From: an uncultured Pseudomonadota bacterium
Lineage (GTDB): Bacteria; Desulfobacterota; Binatia; Binatales; Binataceae
Length of the DNA stretch: 64,000 bases
Direction: 5' to 3'
Assembly: GCA_963804355.1 (NCBI GenBank)
Contig: CAWDQC010000029.1
Location: forward strand, 3,319 to 67,318
Shown: in pieces, positions 28,059 through 38,239 of the stretch
Layout: each line of letters starts with the position of its first letter
Position numbering within the stretch: position 1 is the stretch's first letter
Notes under the pieces: generated by a model
What the model saw: the letters and a program-made list of their open reading frames with translations, nothing else
What the model was told of the DNA's origin: nothing
Databases searched by the model: none
Made by a program: the position numbers and the translations under genes

Positions 28059-29393
28059 CTATTCGGTGCGAGCCGGGAAGAAGCGGTTCTGCGGACGCGG
28101 CAGGCCGAGATTGTCTCGAAGCGTTTTGCCCTCGTATTCACGCCGAAACAGACCCCGTCGCTGCAATTCCGGTACGACGCGATCGACAAAGTCGTCGAGT
28201 CCCGCCGGCAGATAGGGGAACATCACGTTGAAGCCGTCGCAGGCCTCGGTGAAAAGCCATTCTTCCATTTGATCGGCGATCGTCCCGGCGTACCGACAAA
28301 CGCGAGGCCGGCATAGCCTCCGACCCGCTGCGCCAGTTGGCGCACAGTCAGATTGTCGCGAGCGGCGAGCTCGAGAACCGTTCCCGCCCGCTCTTGCTCG
28401 CATTGCTCTCGGGAATTGGAGGCAAGGGACGGTCGGGATCAGACGGGAAACATCGTGGCCGAGTGCGATTGATAGCGACGCGATCGCGCTGTCGTAATGG
28501 ACGAGGCTGTCGAGGCGAGCCCGCTTTTCGCGTGCTTCGGCGACGGTCTCCCCAACGACGACGAAGGCGCCCGGCAAGACCTTCAGATGGTTGGGGTCGC
28601 GGCCAAGTTGAGGCATCCGCGATTTCACATCACGGTAGAAGGATTGAGCGTACTGGATACTGCCCCCTGCGCCGAAAATGACCTCGGCGGTCTCGGCGGC
28701 AAGCTGGCGTCCTTCTTCGGAGGCGCCGGCCTGAACGATTACCGGCCATCCCTGGACCGGACGCGAGATATTAAGCGGACCGCGCACTTTGAGGTGCTCG
28801 CCTTCGTGATTCAGGACATGGAGGCGAGCCGGATCGAAGTAGACGCCAGCTTCGACATCGCGAACGAACGCATCGTCGGCCCAGCTATCCCAGAGTCCGG
28901 TGACCACGTCGAAGAATTCGCGCGCGCGATGATAGCGTTTGGCGTGCTCAACGTGTTCTTCCAGCCCAAAATTCATCGCCTCGTGCGGATTACCGGAGGT
29001 GACCACGTTCCATCCGGCGCGGCCGCCGCTCAGATGATCGAGCGAGGCGAATTTGCGAGCGATATGGTAAGGCTCGTTGTAGGTGGTCGACGCTGTAGCG
29101 ATGAGCCCGAGATGATCCGTGACGACGGCGAGCGCCGGGAGCAGCACGAGCGGATCGAATGAGGTGACGGTGGCGCTGCGTTTTAGCGCCTGCATCGGCA
29201 TGTTGAGCACGGCCAGATGATCGGCCATGAAGAAGGCGTCGAACCTGCCGCGCTCCAGGGTCTGAGCGAGCCGCTTGAGATGATCGAAATTGAAGTTCGC
29301 GTCCGGCCAGGAGCCAGGATACCGCCAGGCTGCGGTATGAATGCTGACGGGACGCATGAAGGCACCAAGGTGCAATTTACGTAAGCTGTCCAT
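28059..29393 (-). CDS. FMN-dependent LLM-class monooxygenase, NtaA/SnaA/DszA family (second paralog); compensated double frameshift near 28380-28440
   Basis: MDSLRKLHLGAFMRPVSIHTAAWRYPGSWPDANFNFDHLKRLAQTLERGRFDAFFMADHLAVLNMP...NEPYHIARKFASLDHLSGGRAGWNVVTSGNPHEAMNFGLEEH...DGFNVMFPYLPAGLDDFVDRVVPELQRRGLFRREYEGKTLRDNLGL. Confidence 0.85.
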   Translation of the reverse strand: MDSLRKLHLGAFMRPVSIHTAAWRYPGSWPDANFNFDHLKRLAQTLERGRFDAFFMADHLAVLNMPMQALKRSATVTSFDPLVLLPALAVVTDHLGLIATASTTYNEPYHIARKFASLDHLSGGRAGWNVVTSGNPHEAMNFGLEEHVEHAKRYHRAREFFDVVTGLWDSWADDAFVRDVEAGVYFDPARLHVLNHEGEHLKVRGPLNISRPVQGWPVIVQAGASEEGRQLAAETAEVIFGAGGSIQYAQSFYRDVKSRMPQLGRDPNHLKVLPGAFVVVGETVAEAREKRARLDSLVHYDSAIASLSIALGHDVSRLIPTVPCLQFPRAMRARAGGNGSRARRSRQSDCAPTGAAGRRLCRPRVCRYAGTIADQMEEWLFTEACDGFNVMFPYLPAGLDDFVDRVVPELQRRGLFRREYEGKTLRDNLGLPRPQNRFFPARTE

Positions 29394-29625
29394 GTCCTTA
29401 ACGTCTGTCCATCCGGTACTCGACGACTCGGTCGGGAGTCAAACGCCGTGAGGTTCTGCGAAAGATTCGCGAATGATTGCCGAAATTCTTGACTAGGGCG
29501 CCTCGTTATCGATAATAGTCTATCAAATCAATCGGATAATTGAATAGAGGCCGACCAGGATTATCTACTGATAAGCCTGCGAGCCTTGACCTGCCGCGGG
29601 AAAGCGCCATAACCAGACTGACGGT

Positions 29626-31074
29626 TTGAACAATATGACCAAAGAGATTCGTCTGAACGCATTCGATATGAACTGCGCGGGGCATCTGTCGGCGGGTCTT
29701 TGGACTCATCCGCGCGATCGGTCAACCAAATACAAAGACCTCGAATACTGGACCGATTTGGCGAAACTGCTGGAACGCGGCAAGTTCGACGGTCTTTTTC
29801 TCGCCGACGTGCTCGGGGTTTACGACGTTTATCGTGGCTCGAATGAAGCCGCGTTGAGGCAGTGCACCCAGGTGCCAGTGAATGATCCGGTACTGGTGAT
29901 ACCGGCGATGGCGACGGTCACCGAGAATCTGGCATTCGGCGTTACCTGCACGCTCTCTTTCGAGCCGCCGTATCCGTTCGCGCGGCGAATGTCGACGCTG
30001 GATCATCTGACCAAGGGGCGGGTGGCCTGGAACGTCGTCACCGGATACCTGAACAGCGCGGCCAAGGGAGTCGGCCTCGACGCGCAGACTGCACATGATC
30101 TCCGCTATGACATTGCCGACGAATACATGGAAGTCGTTTACAAGCTGTGGGAGGGAAGTTGGGAGGACGACGCCGTGGTGCGGGATCGCGAGCAAGGCAT
30201 TTTCGCGCATCCGGAGAAGGTTCATAAGATTCATCACAACGGCGCGAATTATCGCGTCGACGCGATCCATTTGTGCGAACCGTCACCGCAGCGAACGCCG
30301 CTGCTCTACCAGGCGGGCGCCTCGCCGAGAGGTCGCGAGTTTGCCGGAACGCATGCCGAGTGTGTCTTCCTCGGTGGACTGAGCAAGAAAACCGTTGCCT
30401 CGATTGTCGCGGATATTCGGCGTCGCACGGCGCTGCATGGACGCAATCCCGCGGATGTTTTGATGTTCATGGGAATAACCGTGATCGTTGGACGGACCGA
30501 GGCAGAGGCGCGCGCCAAGCATGAAGAATACAAGCGTTACGTAAGCACGGAAGGCGCGCTGGCCTTGTTCTCGGGATGGACCGGAATCGATTTCTCGGAG
30601 TATGCGTTGGACGAACCTCTGCGCCACGTCAAAAACGACGCGGTCAATTCCATTGTCGACGCGTTGACTCGCGCAGACCGCCACAAGGCGTGGACGGTGC
30701 GGGACGTCGTCGAATACGGGGGACTGGGCGGGCCGTCGCCGGTGGTCGTTGGATCTCCGACGCAAGTTGCGGATGAGCTGCAAGCCTGGATGGACGAAAC
30801 CGATATCGACGGTTTCAATCTCGCTTACGTGGTTACGCCCGAGACTTTTTCAGATTTCGTCGAGCTCGTCGTCCCCGAGCTGCAACGCCGCGGCGTTTAT
30901 AAGTCTGAGTATCGCCCCGGTTCGATCCGCGAGAAGCTCTTTGGTCCTGGACGCGCGCGGCTATCCGACGACCATCCGGGGGCGAAGTTTCGCTTTCGCC
31001 CGTCCGCTGAGATAAGCGATGCGGTGCCGGCGGAATCACTAGCTTCCGGGAAGAGCGCCGAACGAGCGGTTTAG
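29626..31074 (+). CDS. FMN-dependent LLM-class monooxygenase, NtaA/SnaA/DszA family (intact paralog of 21042-22468)
   Basis: Intact 482 aa. MTKEIRLNAFDMNCAGHLSAGLWTHPRDRSTKYKDLEYWTDLAKLLERGKFDGLFLADVLGVYDVY...TCTLSFEPPYPFARRMSTLDHLTKGRVAWNVVTGY...DGFNLAYVVTPETFSDFVELVVPELQRRGVYKSEYRPGSIREKL. Confidence 0.9.
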   Translation: MNNMTKEIRLNAFDMNCAGHLSAGLWTHPRDRSTKYKDLEYWTDLAKLLERGKFDGLFLADVLGVYDVYRGSNEAALRQCTQVPVNDPVLVIPAMATVTENLAFGVTCTLSFEPPYPFARRMSTLDHLTKGRVAWNVVTGYLNSAAKGVGLDAQTAHDLRYDIADEYMEVVYKLWEGSWEDDAVVRDREQGIFAHPEKVHKIHHNGANYRVDAIHLCEPSPQRTPLLYQAGASPRGREFAGTHAECVFLGGLSKKTVASIVADIRRRTALHGRNPADVLMFMGITVIVGRTEAEARAKHEEYKRYVSTEGALALFSGWTGIDFSEYALDEPLRHVKNDAVNSIVDALTRADRHKAWTVRDVVEYGGLGGPSPVVVGSPTQVADELQAWMDETDIDGFNLAYVVTPETFSDFVELVVPELQRRGVYKSEYRPGSIREKLFGPGRARLSDDHPGAKFRFRPSAEISDAVPAESLASGKSAERAV

Positions 31075-31086
31075 GGAAGAATATCT

Positions 31087-31656
31087 ATGGCGGGTTTGGT
31101 TGCGATTATGGGGAGCGTCACGCCCCCGGGACGATCGCTCAAGGCGATGGAATTCGTGGTGCGATGCGCGGGCGAGGAATCGCCGGGAATAGACGCTCGC
31201 CTGATCAACCTCAGAGACTATCGCATCGCTTTCGCCGACGGCCGCCAGCCGAACGAATTTGGCGATGATACAGAGAAGGTCGTCGAAGTTATCGGCGAAG
31301 CGGCAACGGTTATTTTCGCGAGCCCGGTGTATCGAGGGTCGTTCACCGGATCACTCAAGAATTTGATCGACCACTTGCCGGTCGAGGCCCTGATGGGCAA
31401 GCCGTGCGGGATAATTGCGATCGGCGCGACCGAGCATCATTTTCTCGGCGTCGATTGGCATCTGCGCGACGTCCTGGGATGGTTCGGCGCGCTTGTGGCG
31501 CCGACCAGCGCGTATCTGTCCGCGAAGGATTTCGCCGATGGTGAGCCGAATGACGACGCGCGCGCCCAGTTACGAGCATTGGTCTCGACGGTAATCAAGC
31601 TTCGTGCGGCCGCGGGTGCGGTCGGGCCGATTCCGCTGGCCGCCCGGCGTCGTTGA
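31087..31656 (+). CDS. NADPH-dependent FMN reductase (SsuE/MsuE-like partner of the two-component flavin monooxygenases)
   Basis: MAGLVAIMGSVTPPGRSLKAMEFVVRCAGEE...ATVIFASPVYRGSFTGSLKNLIDHLPVEALMGKPCGIIAIGATEHHFLGVDWHLRDVLGWFGALVAP. Confidence 0.85.
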   Translation: MAGLVAIMGSVTPPGRSLKAMEFVVRCAGEESPGIDARLINLRDYRIAFADGRQPNEFGDDTEKVVEVIGEAATVIFASPVYRGSFTGSLKNLIDHLPVEALMGKPCGIIAIGATEHHFLGVDWHLRDVLGWFGALVAPTSAYLSAKDFADGEPNDDARAQLRALVSTVIKLRAAAGAVGPIPLAARRR

Positions 31657-31667
31657 GAGTGAGAATC

Positions 31668-32330
31668 TAGGGAAGAGTCGCGAGCCGCTGCGCGAATTCC
31701 AGCAGGTTGCTCGCGACAAGTCGGGTGGAATATCCCAAGGGTCGAAAACGATCCGAGGATTGCGCCTGATCCACGCGACCTTAAGACCCGCCACTTTGGC
31801 GCCGATCACGTCGAACGGATTGCTCGATACCAACCAGGTGCTGGCCGCCGGACGATTCAATCGGCTGGTCAAGGCGGCGTAGACGCGCGGATCGGGTTTG
31901 AAGGTCCTGAGCGCGTCGACACTGACAATCCCGCTCAGCGAGGCCAGCAGGCCCGCGCTATCGAGCAGCTTGCGAAGCGTGGTCTCGACACCGTTGGAAA
32001 AGGCCACCAGCGTATGGCCGGAGGCTTTGAGCTGCGTTAGTCCGGCAGCCGCGTCGGGGTAGGCGCCGAGAGTCTGGTAGCGATCCACCAGTCGCACTTC
32101 TTCATCCGGCGAGATGGTCAGATTCGCGTTGGCGAGCACGAATCGCAACGCCTGTTGCGTGCATACGTCGAAGTTCTCATAAAGACCCATCGCGGTGCGC
32201 CGGAAGGTATATTCGAGTTGTTTCGCGCGCCACTGTTCGGCGATGCGATCGGCAGAATCGCCGACGAACGGCCGCAAATGGTCGCTCATCCCAAGCGGAT
32301 CGACCAGGGTCGTAGACGTCGAGACCAATT
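31668..32330 (-). CDS. HAD-superfamily hydrolase, L-2-haloacid dehalogenase type II-like; about 2 frameshifts (N-terminal and C-terminal)
   Basis: ...LVDPLGMSDHLRPFVGDSADRIAEQWRAKQLEYTFRRTAMGLYENFDVCTQQALRFVLANANLTISPDEEVRLVDRYQTLGAYPDAAAGLTQLKASGHTLVAFSNG...TFKPDPRVYAALTSRLNRPAASTWLVSSNPFDVIGAKVAGLKVAWIRR. The true C-terminus DLSRVASNLLEFAQRLATLP sits in a shifted frame, with its stop near 31668. Confidence 0.75.
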
Positions 32331-32606
32331 CCCGCACTCATATGAGCTCATATTAAGGATCGACCTCGGATAGAGAATCAGTCGCTCGCAGCTCAGCAGA
32401 TGGACTTTGCAAGGCGGCGCGCACAGGCGAGCCGACTTTCTGATCGGCCAGGACACGATGGAGAGAGACTGCGCGGGGACTGTCGGCGTTGGTGGATTAT
32501 GACGAGGCGAAATAGCTATGATTCGTGTGCCAGCCATTGGCTGGAAACGCGGCAGACCGGCGCAGCGTCGCGGTCGGTCTGAACGCGAAGCTACGAGGAA
32601 GTCCCG

Positions 32607-33806
32607 ATGGAACTTGTCGATCTCTCCAACGCCCGTTCGTTCGCAAGCGGTTTTCCGCACGAATTCTTCAGCTGGTTGCGCCATAACGAGCCGGTGTGGT
32701 GGCACGAACCGACCGAATTCACCCCTAACAACGTGGGCTTCTGGGTCGTCAGCCGTTACGACGATGTGGTTGCGGTGTTCAAGGACGCGGAGACCTTCTC
32801 CTCGGAGCTGGGCGGGACGCAGATCTACGACGGCAAGGGCATGGGTTATCAGTTGAATCAGACTGACGACCCGAAGCATCGCCGGCTGCGCGCGCTGGTC
32901 AACAAGGGTTTCACTCCACGAATGATCGGGAGGCTCGAAGACGAGCTGCGCAAACGCACCAAGCGCATCCTGGACGACGTGCCATCGTCGGAGACCTTCA
33001 ACTTCGTGCCCGTAGTGGCGCGTGAACTCCCGCTCCAGACGATCTGCAGTGTTTTGGGAGTGCCGCAGGAAGATCGGACGGAAATCATAGAAATCGTTGA
33101 TCTAGCGGTCGGCGCCGGTGACGGCACTGTGATGTCGCCGCAATACCTGAAACGTTTGAGCGCCTATGCCGATACCCTGGTTCAGCGCAAACGCAGCGAG
33201 CCGGCGGATGACATACTTTCTGTCATTGTTCACGCCCAGTTGGATGACGGGTCACCGCAACTCAACAACCAGGAGTTGCGTGCGTTCTTTAATCTGCTCT
33301 TTCCCGCGGGAGCGGAGACCACTCGCGGTTCGATCGCCGGGGGACTGCTGGCTCTGATCGAAAACCCTGAAGAGCACCAGCGGTTGCGTGAAGATCCCAA
33401 GCTGATGCGGACCGCGATCGAAGAGATCGTACGATGGACCTCTCCATCGATCTACAAACGGCGCACGGCGACTTGCGATACGGCGCTGAGCGGGCAAGCG
33501 ATCGCCAAGGGTCAAAAGGTGACGGTCTGGGAGATGTCGGCTAATCGCGACGAGGACACCTTCGAAAATCCGTTTCGCTTCGATGTGGGCCGCGATCCCA
33601 ACTATCATGTCGGCTTCGGTCTCGGCACGCATTTCTGCCTCGGAGCAAATCTCGCGAGGCTGGAGATCCGCGTGATGTTCGAAGAGATCCTCGAGCGCTT
33701 CGAAAACTTCGAGCTGACCGGACCACTAGCCTGGACCAACAACAATCGGCTGCTGGGGCTGAAGCAATTGCCGGTTCGTGCGTTCCCCCGCCAGAGCGTC
33801 AGCTGA
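32607..33806 (+). CDS. Cytochrome P450
   Basis: Intact 399 aa. AGAETTRGSIAG (I-helix A/GGxxT), EEIVRW (ExxR) and FGLGTHFCLGANLARLE (heme-thiolate FxxGxHxCxG loop). Confidence 0.9.
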   Translation: MELVDLSNARSFASGFPHEFFSWLRHNEPVWWHEPTEFTPNNVGFWVVSRYDDVVAVFKDAETFSSELGGTQIYDGKGMGYQLNQTDDPKHRRLRALVNKGFTPRMIGRLEDELRKRTKRILDDVPSSETFNFVPVVARELPLQTICSVLGVPQEDRTEIIEIVDLAVGAGDGTVMSPQYLKRLSAYADTLVQRKRSEPADDILSVIVHAQLDDGSPQLNNQELRAFFNLLFPAGAETTRGSIAGGLLALIENPEEHQRLREDPKLMRTAIEEIVRWTSPSIYKRRTATCDTALSGQAIAKGQKVTVWEMSANRDEDTFENPFRFDVGRDPNYHVGFGLGTHFCLGANLARLEIRVMFEEILERFENFELTGPLAWTNNNRLLGLKQLPVRAFPRQSVS

Positions 33807-33847
33807 CACGGCGCAGTCTCCAGTCGCGCTGCCGAGCCTCGTGATAT

Positions 33848-35704
33848 TTATTGCACGAGATTTTGCGAGAGCTTGACCAATCCCTGGGCCGGACTCGCCT
33901 TTTTCGTTTCGACTACTTTGCCGCGAACGCACCATGCCGCGGCTCTTTGTTGCGAAGTTCGCTCTCGAATCGCCCAATTCGCGTAGGCCAAATATAGACG
34001 AAAGCGTTCGATCGTTGCGGCGACGCGGGCCGCCGGCAGAACGCGAATGACCGCCATCATCCCGTCATCCTCGTGCTCGGCGATATGACAGTGGTAGACG
34101 AAATCGCCGACGTCGGCGCCGCGGAAGTCTACTCTGACGGTGACGCTGGGAAACGGATGGTTGGGATTTCCGTCCCAGAAGGGAATCTGGATCGTATCCA
34201 CCAGCTGCTTCTGGATCGCTGCGTTGGTGGCGCTACCGTTGATCTCGAAATTGTCTTGCGACTCGACCAGGAAATGCAGTTGATGCATGTGGAATTCATG
34301 GTTTTCCAGCGATTGATTCTGGATCGTCCATTCCTCGACCGAGCCCTGGGTGGTGATGATCGCCGGCGGTTCGTTGGGGTCGAATAGGGTCGGAGTCGCA
34401 TCGCCGGCGGTGATGAAGAACTGCGAGAGTGGGTTGTTCTCTGAAAAATAGAGCGAGCGGGCTGTTACCGGCTTCGCCGTCGCGAGACCCTCGAAACGTT
34501 GTTTCCAGGGCGCAGCGGTCGTTGCTGCGATCGTGCTCTCCGCGTTCGCTACCGACGCGAGGTGACCGGAGGCGAGCTTTAGGGTGGCCAAGGTTCGCTG
34601 CGGATCATTGTCTCCGTCCGGCCCCGTATTGATAGCGAGCGTAACCAGGCTCGCATTGGTGACCGTCGATGGCGGCGCCGCCACGATAAATTCCGCGCGT
34701 CCCGCCGTCGGAATCAGAATGTCCGTCGCGTTGACGATGGTTCCGCGCCGGGAGTGGCTCTGTGAGCCAGTCGGCACGCCGTCGAGCGCCACGATCTGTA
34801 GATTCTGAGCCACGCCGTCGAATAGAACCTGGAGGTCGAGAATGCTGTCGGCAGAGGAATTTGATACTCGCCAGAGCTGCTTCTGCCCGGGCTGCATCTG
34901 AATCACCGCCGGAGTTTCGTCTGGGTAGGCGATCGGAACATTGTTCAAGCTCAAATCCCATGACGGAATGTCGCCGCCCGGAGTCGGGTTACCCGCGACG
35001 TTCTGGTCGCGAACCACTATGACCTGCTGTGCCAGTCCCGCGACCGCGTGCTGAAAGTTTTGAATGCCGTCGACTATGATCGCGCCCGAAGCTCCGCCCT
35101 GCAGCGCAGCTTCAACCAGCATGTGGGCGTGTGGATGGTACCAGTACAGCCCGGGCGGTTCGTTCGCGGGAAAGTGGACGTCGTACGCAAACGTCTGCCC
35201 GGAGTTGATCAGCGTGTGGATGACCTCGTCCTGATGGCAGGTCGGCGAGGTATTGGTGCCGTGAAAGTGCATATTTACGGACGAACCAGTGAGGTCGCTC
35301 GCGCCGCAATTAGGCGAGTCGATCTGCATCACGACTGGCGCCGCCGGCGTGTTGTTCGTCACCGTAACGACGAGGTGGTCTCCTGGACGCACGTGGAGTG
35401 TCGGATTCTCCAGGCCAGCGGGCGTCATGAAGCAAAATAGATTTCTCCCATCGGCATCTACCCTGGTCTGATAGGAGAAGCTGACCTTGAGAACTCCGCC
35501 GCGGCTGAATAAAGCCGGGGGATTCTCGACGGCGCTTCCGGCCGCCGGCCTGGGACAGGGGTTGGCGACGGGCCCCACCGGGGTCACGGTCTTACTCGCC
35601 GGGACGGCTGACGCTCCGCCGATTCCGGTCAAGAGATGGCTGCCCAGGAAAACGCCCAGGGCAAGGACGGTTGCAGTTAAGAGGAGGCTGTTTTTGTTCA
35701 TCAC
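33848..35704 (-). CDS. Multicopper oxidase (CopA/laccase-like), secreted
   Basis: Signal peptide MMNKNSLLLTATVLALGVFLGS. Copper-site motifs VNMHFHGTNTSP, GLYWYHPHAHM and, at the C-terminus, FVYHCHIAEHEDDGMMAVIRV (HCHxxxHxxxGM). The C-terminal ~55-aa tail after the GMM motif may be read-through. Confidence 0.85.
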   Translation of the reverse strand: MMNKNSLLLTATVLALGVFLGSHLLTGIGGASAVPASKTVTPVGPVANPCPRPAAGSAVENPPALFSRGGVLKVSFSYQTRVDADGRNLFCFMTPAGLENPTLHVRPGDHLVVTVTNNTPAAPVVMQIDSPNCGASDLTGSSVNMHFHGTNTSPTCHQDEVIHTLINSGQTFAYDVHFPANEPPGLYWYHPHAHMLVEAALQGGASGAIIVDGIQNFQHAVAGLAQQVIVVRDQNVAGNPTPGGDIPSWDLSLNNVPIAYPDETPAVIQMQPGQKQLWRVSNSSADSILDLQVLFDGVAQNLQIVALDGVPTGSQSHSRRGTIVNATDILIPTAGRAEFIVAAPPSTVTNASLVTLAINTGPDGDNDPQRTLATLKLASGHLASVANAESTIAATTAAPWKQRFEGLATAKPVTARSLYFSENNPLSQFFITAGDATPTLFDPNEPPAIITTQGSVEEWTIQNQSLENHEFHMHQLHFLVESQDNFEINGSATNAAIQKQLVDTIQIPFWDGNPNHPFPSVTVRVDFRGADVGDFVYHCHIAEHEDDGMMAVIRVLPAARVAATIERFRLYLAYANWAIRERTSQQRAAAWCVRGKVVETKKASPAQGLVKLSQNLVQ

Positions 35705-35872
35705 AAGGCACCGGCACCGCTCAATCTGATCTGCCGGTCGTCGCGTAGGCTAAACGGAAGGGCGTGAGAAGAGTGAGCAAATTGAAATTAAGAATGATTC
35801 TCAATATCGATGATAGGCGCGGCTGTCAAGGATGATGTCGGCGATTTTTTCTGCGGATGCGGCGGTATCTAT

Positions 35873-36834
35873 CTAATACCGCGGGCGAGTTCGTCTGATC
35901 GTGCGACGTCTTAAAGGTTCGCCGGCGAACATCACCATCGACGAATGCCCCATATTCATGAGGGTGCCGTGCGCCGGCGGCGTATTAGCCAGAAGCGTCG
36001 CCAGCGCCAGGACTCCAAAGACCAGGATGACGGATTCCACTCCGACGTTGCGCAGGAGTCCCTCGCGCGCGGCGGAATTATCGACGTGGGGCACGAGCCA
36101 GAAGCGATTGTACCCGCCGATCGCGAGAACGGCGGCAAAGACCGCGACCTTTACAATCAGAGTCTCCCCGTAAGCCGAGAAAATCAGCTGATGCAGGCTA
36201 AACCCGAGGCCATTGTATGCGGCGTAAATTCCACTGATGACGATCGCGACCACCGACCAGAAGGCGACCTTCGAGACCATCCGAGCTGCATCTTCGATCC
36301 ATGCGTATGGAGCCTGACTGCGCTTGGCCACGATCCAGAGCACCAGGAGGGAGCCGATCCAAAGGCCGGCGCCAGCTTCGTGAATGAAGTAGATGATGAT
36401 CGCGCCGATGCCTTTGTCGATCGCGTGGCTCAGCAGCGCACGGAGAAAGAGGAGGACGCCGGCCAAGGTGAAGAGAATTGCCACTTTGAAAAACGGACGG
36501 ATCGGGATGAAGGCCGTCAAGAAAAGCAAAAGCGCGATCGGCAGAAACCATTCCCATACGCGGCCGGCGTGGGTTTCGGCGAAAACCTCGGGCATCAGTG
36601 GCAGTGCAGCCCGCCACGAAACGGTGGCCATCTCCGCGACCACGTTGAGAAACACCAAGGGAGAGGCCAAGAGCGTTATCACGCCGAGCAATCGCCAGAC
36701 GGGCGACATGCACGTCGTAACGGCGGATAGATCTCCACGATCAATGCTGGTCGAGAAAAGCACGAATCCCGCGGTTCCGAAAATCACGATGGTCGCGATT
36801 ACCAGTGGCCATTCGAGCAGCGCCCGACTCAGCA
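35873..36834 (-). CDS. copD: Copper resistance protein CopD family (inner membrane)
   Basis: MLSRALLEWPLVIATIVIFGTAGFVLF... with 8 predicted TM helices and the typical CopD layout. It lies immediately downstream of, and contiguous with, copC. Confidence 0.75.
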
Positions 36835-37215
36835 TCACGACGGTTTCCCCGCGACAGTGAAAGAGTAGGAACCTTCGGTGTGATGAGTGTCGATACAGAC
36901 GACGGCCCATTTGACGGTGTAGTCGCCGGGTTGCAACGGTTTGACCTGAACCGACAGGGTAAATCCGTCCGGACTGATCACGGGTGGGCTCACGGCCAGG
37001 TCATTCCCGGCGCCGTCGACGACGTCGAGTTTTGCGAAAAGGTGCTCGATCGGGGCGTCGTACTTGATCGACACCGTGGGAGGAGGAGTCGTCAGAACCT
37101 GTCCGGCGGCTGGTATCTCTTGCTCGGGAAAGGAATGCGCCCAACTTACCGCGATTCCAAGTGCAAGCGGGGCAAACAGAATGATGGCAAATGACGTGAG
37201 CTTAGGCGTTTTCAT
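36835..37215 (-). CDS. copC: Copper resistance protein CopC (periplasmic copper chaperone)
   Basis: MKTPKLTSFAIILFAPLALGIAVSWAHSF (signal peptide followed by the N-terminal His of the Cu site). ...YTVKWAVVCIDTHHTEGSYSFTV matches the CopC beta-sandwich C-terminal motif. Confidence 0.8.
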   Translation of the reverse strand: MKTPKLTSFAIILFAPLALGIAVSWAHSFPEQEIPAAGQVLTTPPPTVSIKYDAPIEHLFAKLDVVDGAGNDLAVSPPVISPDGFTLSVQVKPLQPGDYTVKWAVVCIDTHHTEGSYSFTVAGKPS

Positions 37216-38132
37216 CCCCCGAACCCCTTGTCGATAGTCCAATTGCCGAGCTTCGGAAGTAGCGAATCGTAAAAAATGTCGAGAAGGCCGAGGACCGCGG
37301 CATGTGTACCCGGTACGCTGGCGTTGTTGAGCGCGAACTGCGTCGCGATTGCCAGTTCGAAGTGATAGCTCACGTACGCGATCCCGGGCGTTGCCAGGAT
37401 CGTGGGGAAGGTCTGGCCGGAAGGCCCGGTAATCAGCTGGTTGTAGTTGAACTCATTGAAAAGAAACAGGTTGCGAAACGGCGGCTTAAGTCCGATATCG
37501 CGCACGTTGTTGCTCAGATACGGCAGGGAATACTCGATTACCGCGTCGGCGAACATTTGATGGCTGGTATGTCCACCGAGAGCGGGCAGGTAACCGAAAT
37601 CGCTCTGGATACCGATGGGCCGCAGGTACTTGATAGCGGATCGGTTCGGCAGGTCGCCCATACCCTTTTCCCATAAGAAGACCGGACCGAGGCTGGTATG
37701 GTTTTGCTCCTGCACCGACTTGTTGCCGGTCGGTAGCTGTATCTGCGCGGAGATCGTCAGCATGAATTCATGCTTCTGCGAATAATAAAATGCGTACTTT
37801 CCGAAAAGTGTAAGATCGTCAAAGCCTTGCGTGCTGCGTTCCGCGAAGGAGGACACATGGCTCCAGGTGCTGCCTCCGCCTACGCTGAATCTCGGCATAT
37901 AGTCGGCATCCGCGTAGAGCACCTTTTCGATCGAAAAATCGATGCTGTAAGTGTTGGCATCGCTGCTTTTGACCCATGACGGGCCGAGAATATCGAACTC
38001 ATTCGCGGGCGTAGGGTCTTGAGTGATGATCGGTTCCAGGAAGACGTAATCTCCAACCACGCCATGCGCCCAGGCCAAAGGTGCATGACTCATGGTCAGA
38101 ATAAAAAACGCAATTGCGACAACTCTATTCAT
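37212..38132 (-). CDS. Outer-membrane protein, predicted beta-barrel (MetA-pathway/transporter-like); first gene of the copC-copD-MCO operon
   Basis: Signal peptide MNRVVAIAFFILTMSHAPLAWA. The sequence alternates hydrophobic and hydrophilic residues and is aromatic-rich. The stop overlaps the copC start (ATGA). Confidence 0.55.
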   Translation of the reverse strand: MNRVVAIAFFILTMSHAPLAWAHGVVGDYVFLEPIITQDPTPANEFDILGPSWVKSSDANTYSIDFSIEKVLYADADYMPRFSVGGGSTWSHVSSFAERSTQGFDDLTLFGKYAFYYSQKHEFMLTISAQIQLPTGNKSVQEQNHTSLGPVFLWEKGMGDLPNRSAIKYLRPIGIQSDFGYLPALGGHTSHQMFADAVIEYSLPYLSNNVRDIGLKPPFRNLFLFNEFNYNQLITGPSGQTFPTILATPGIAYVSYHFELAIATQFALNNASVPGTHAAVLGLLDIFYDSLLPKLGNWTIDKGFGG

Positions 38133-38239
38133 GCCGTCCATCCCTGCGATCTGGCGAGAGGATTGTAGCGCCCAGGACGGGCGACAGGCTCAAGCCGATG
38201 CAGCTGCGAAAGAAGAAAATGTCTATCAGCGAAGAATTT

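Noticed and set aside
35945-36860. Plus-strand ORFs of 261 and 155 aa inside the copD region
   Set aside because: Antisense to the multi-TM CopD homolog. The translations are Arg/Asp-rich low-complexity sequence with no homology.
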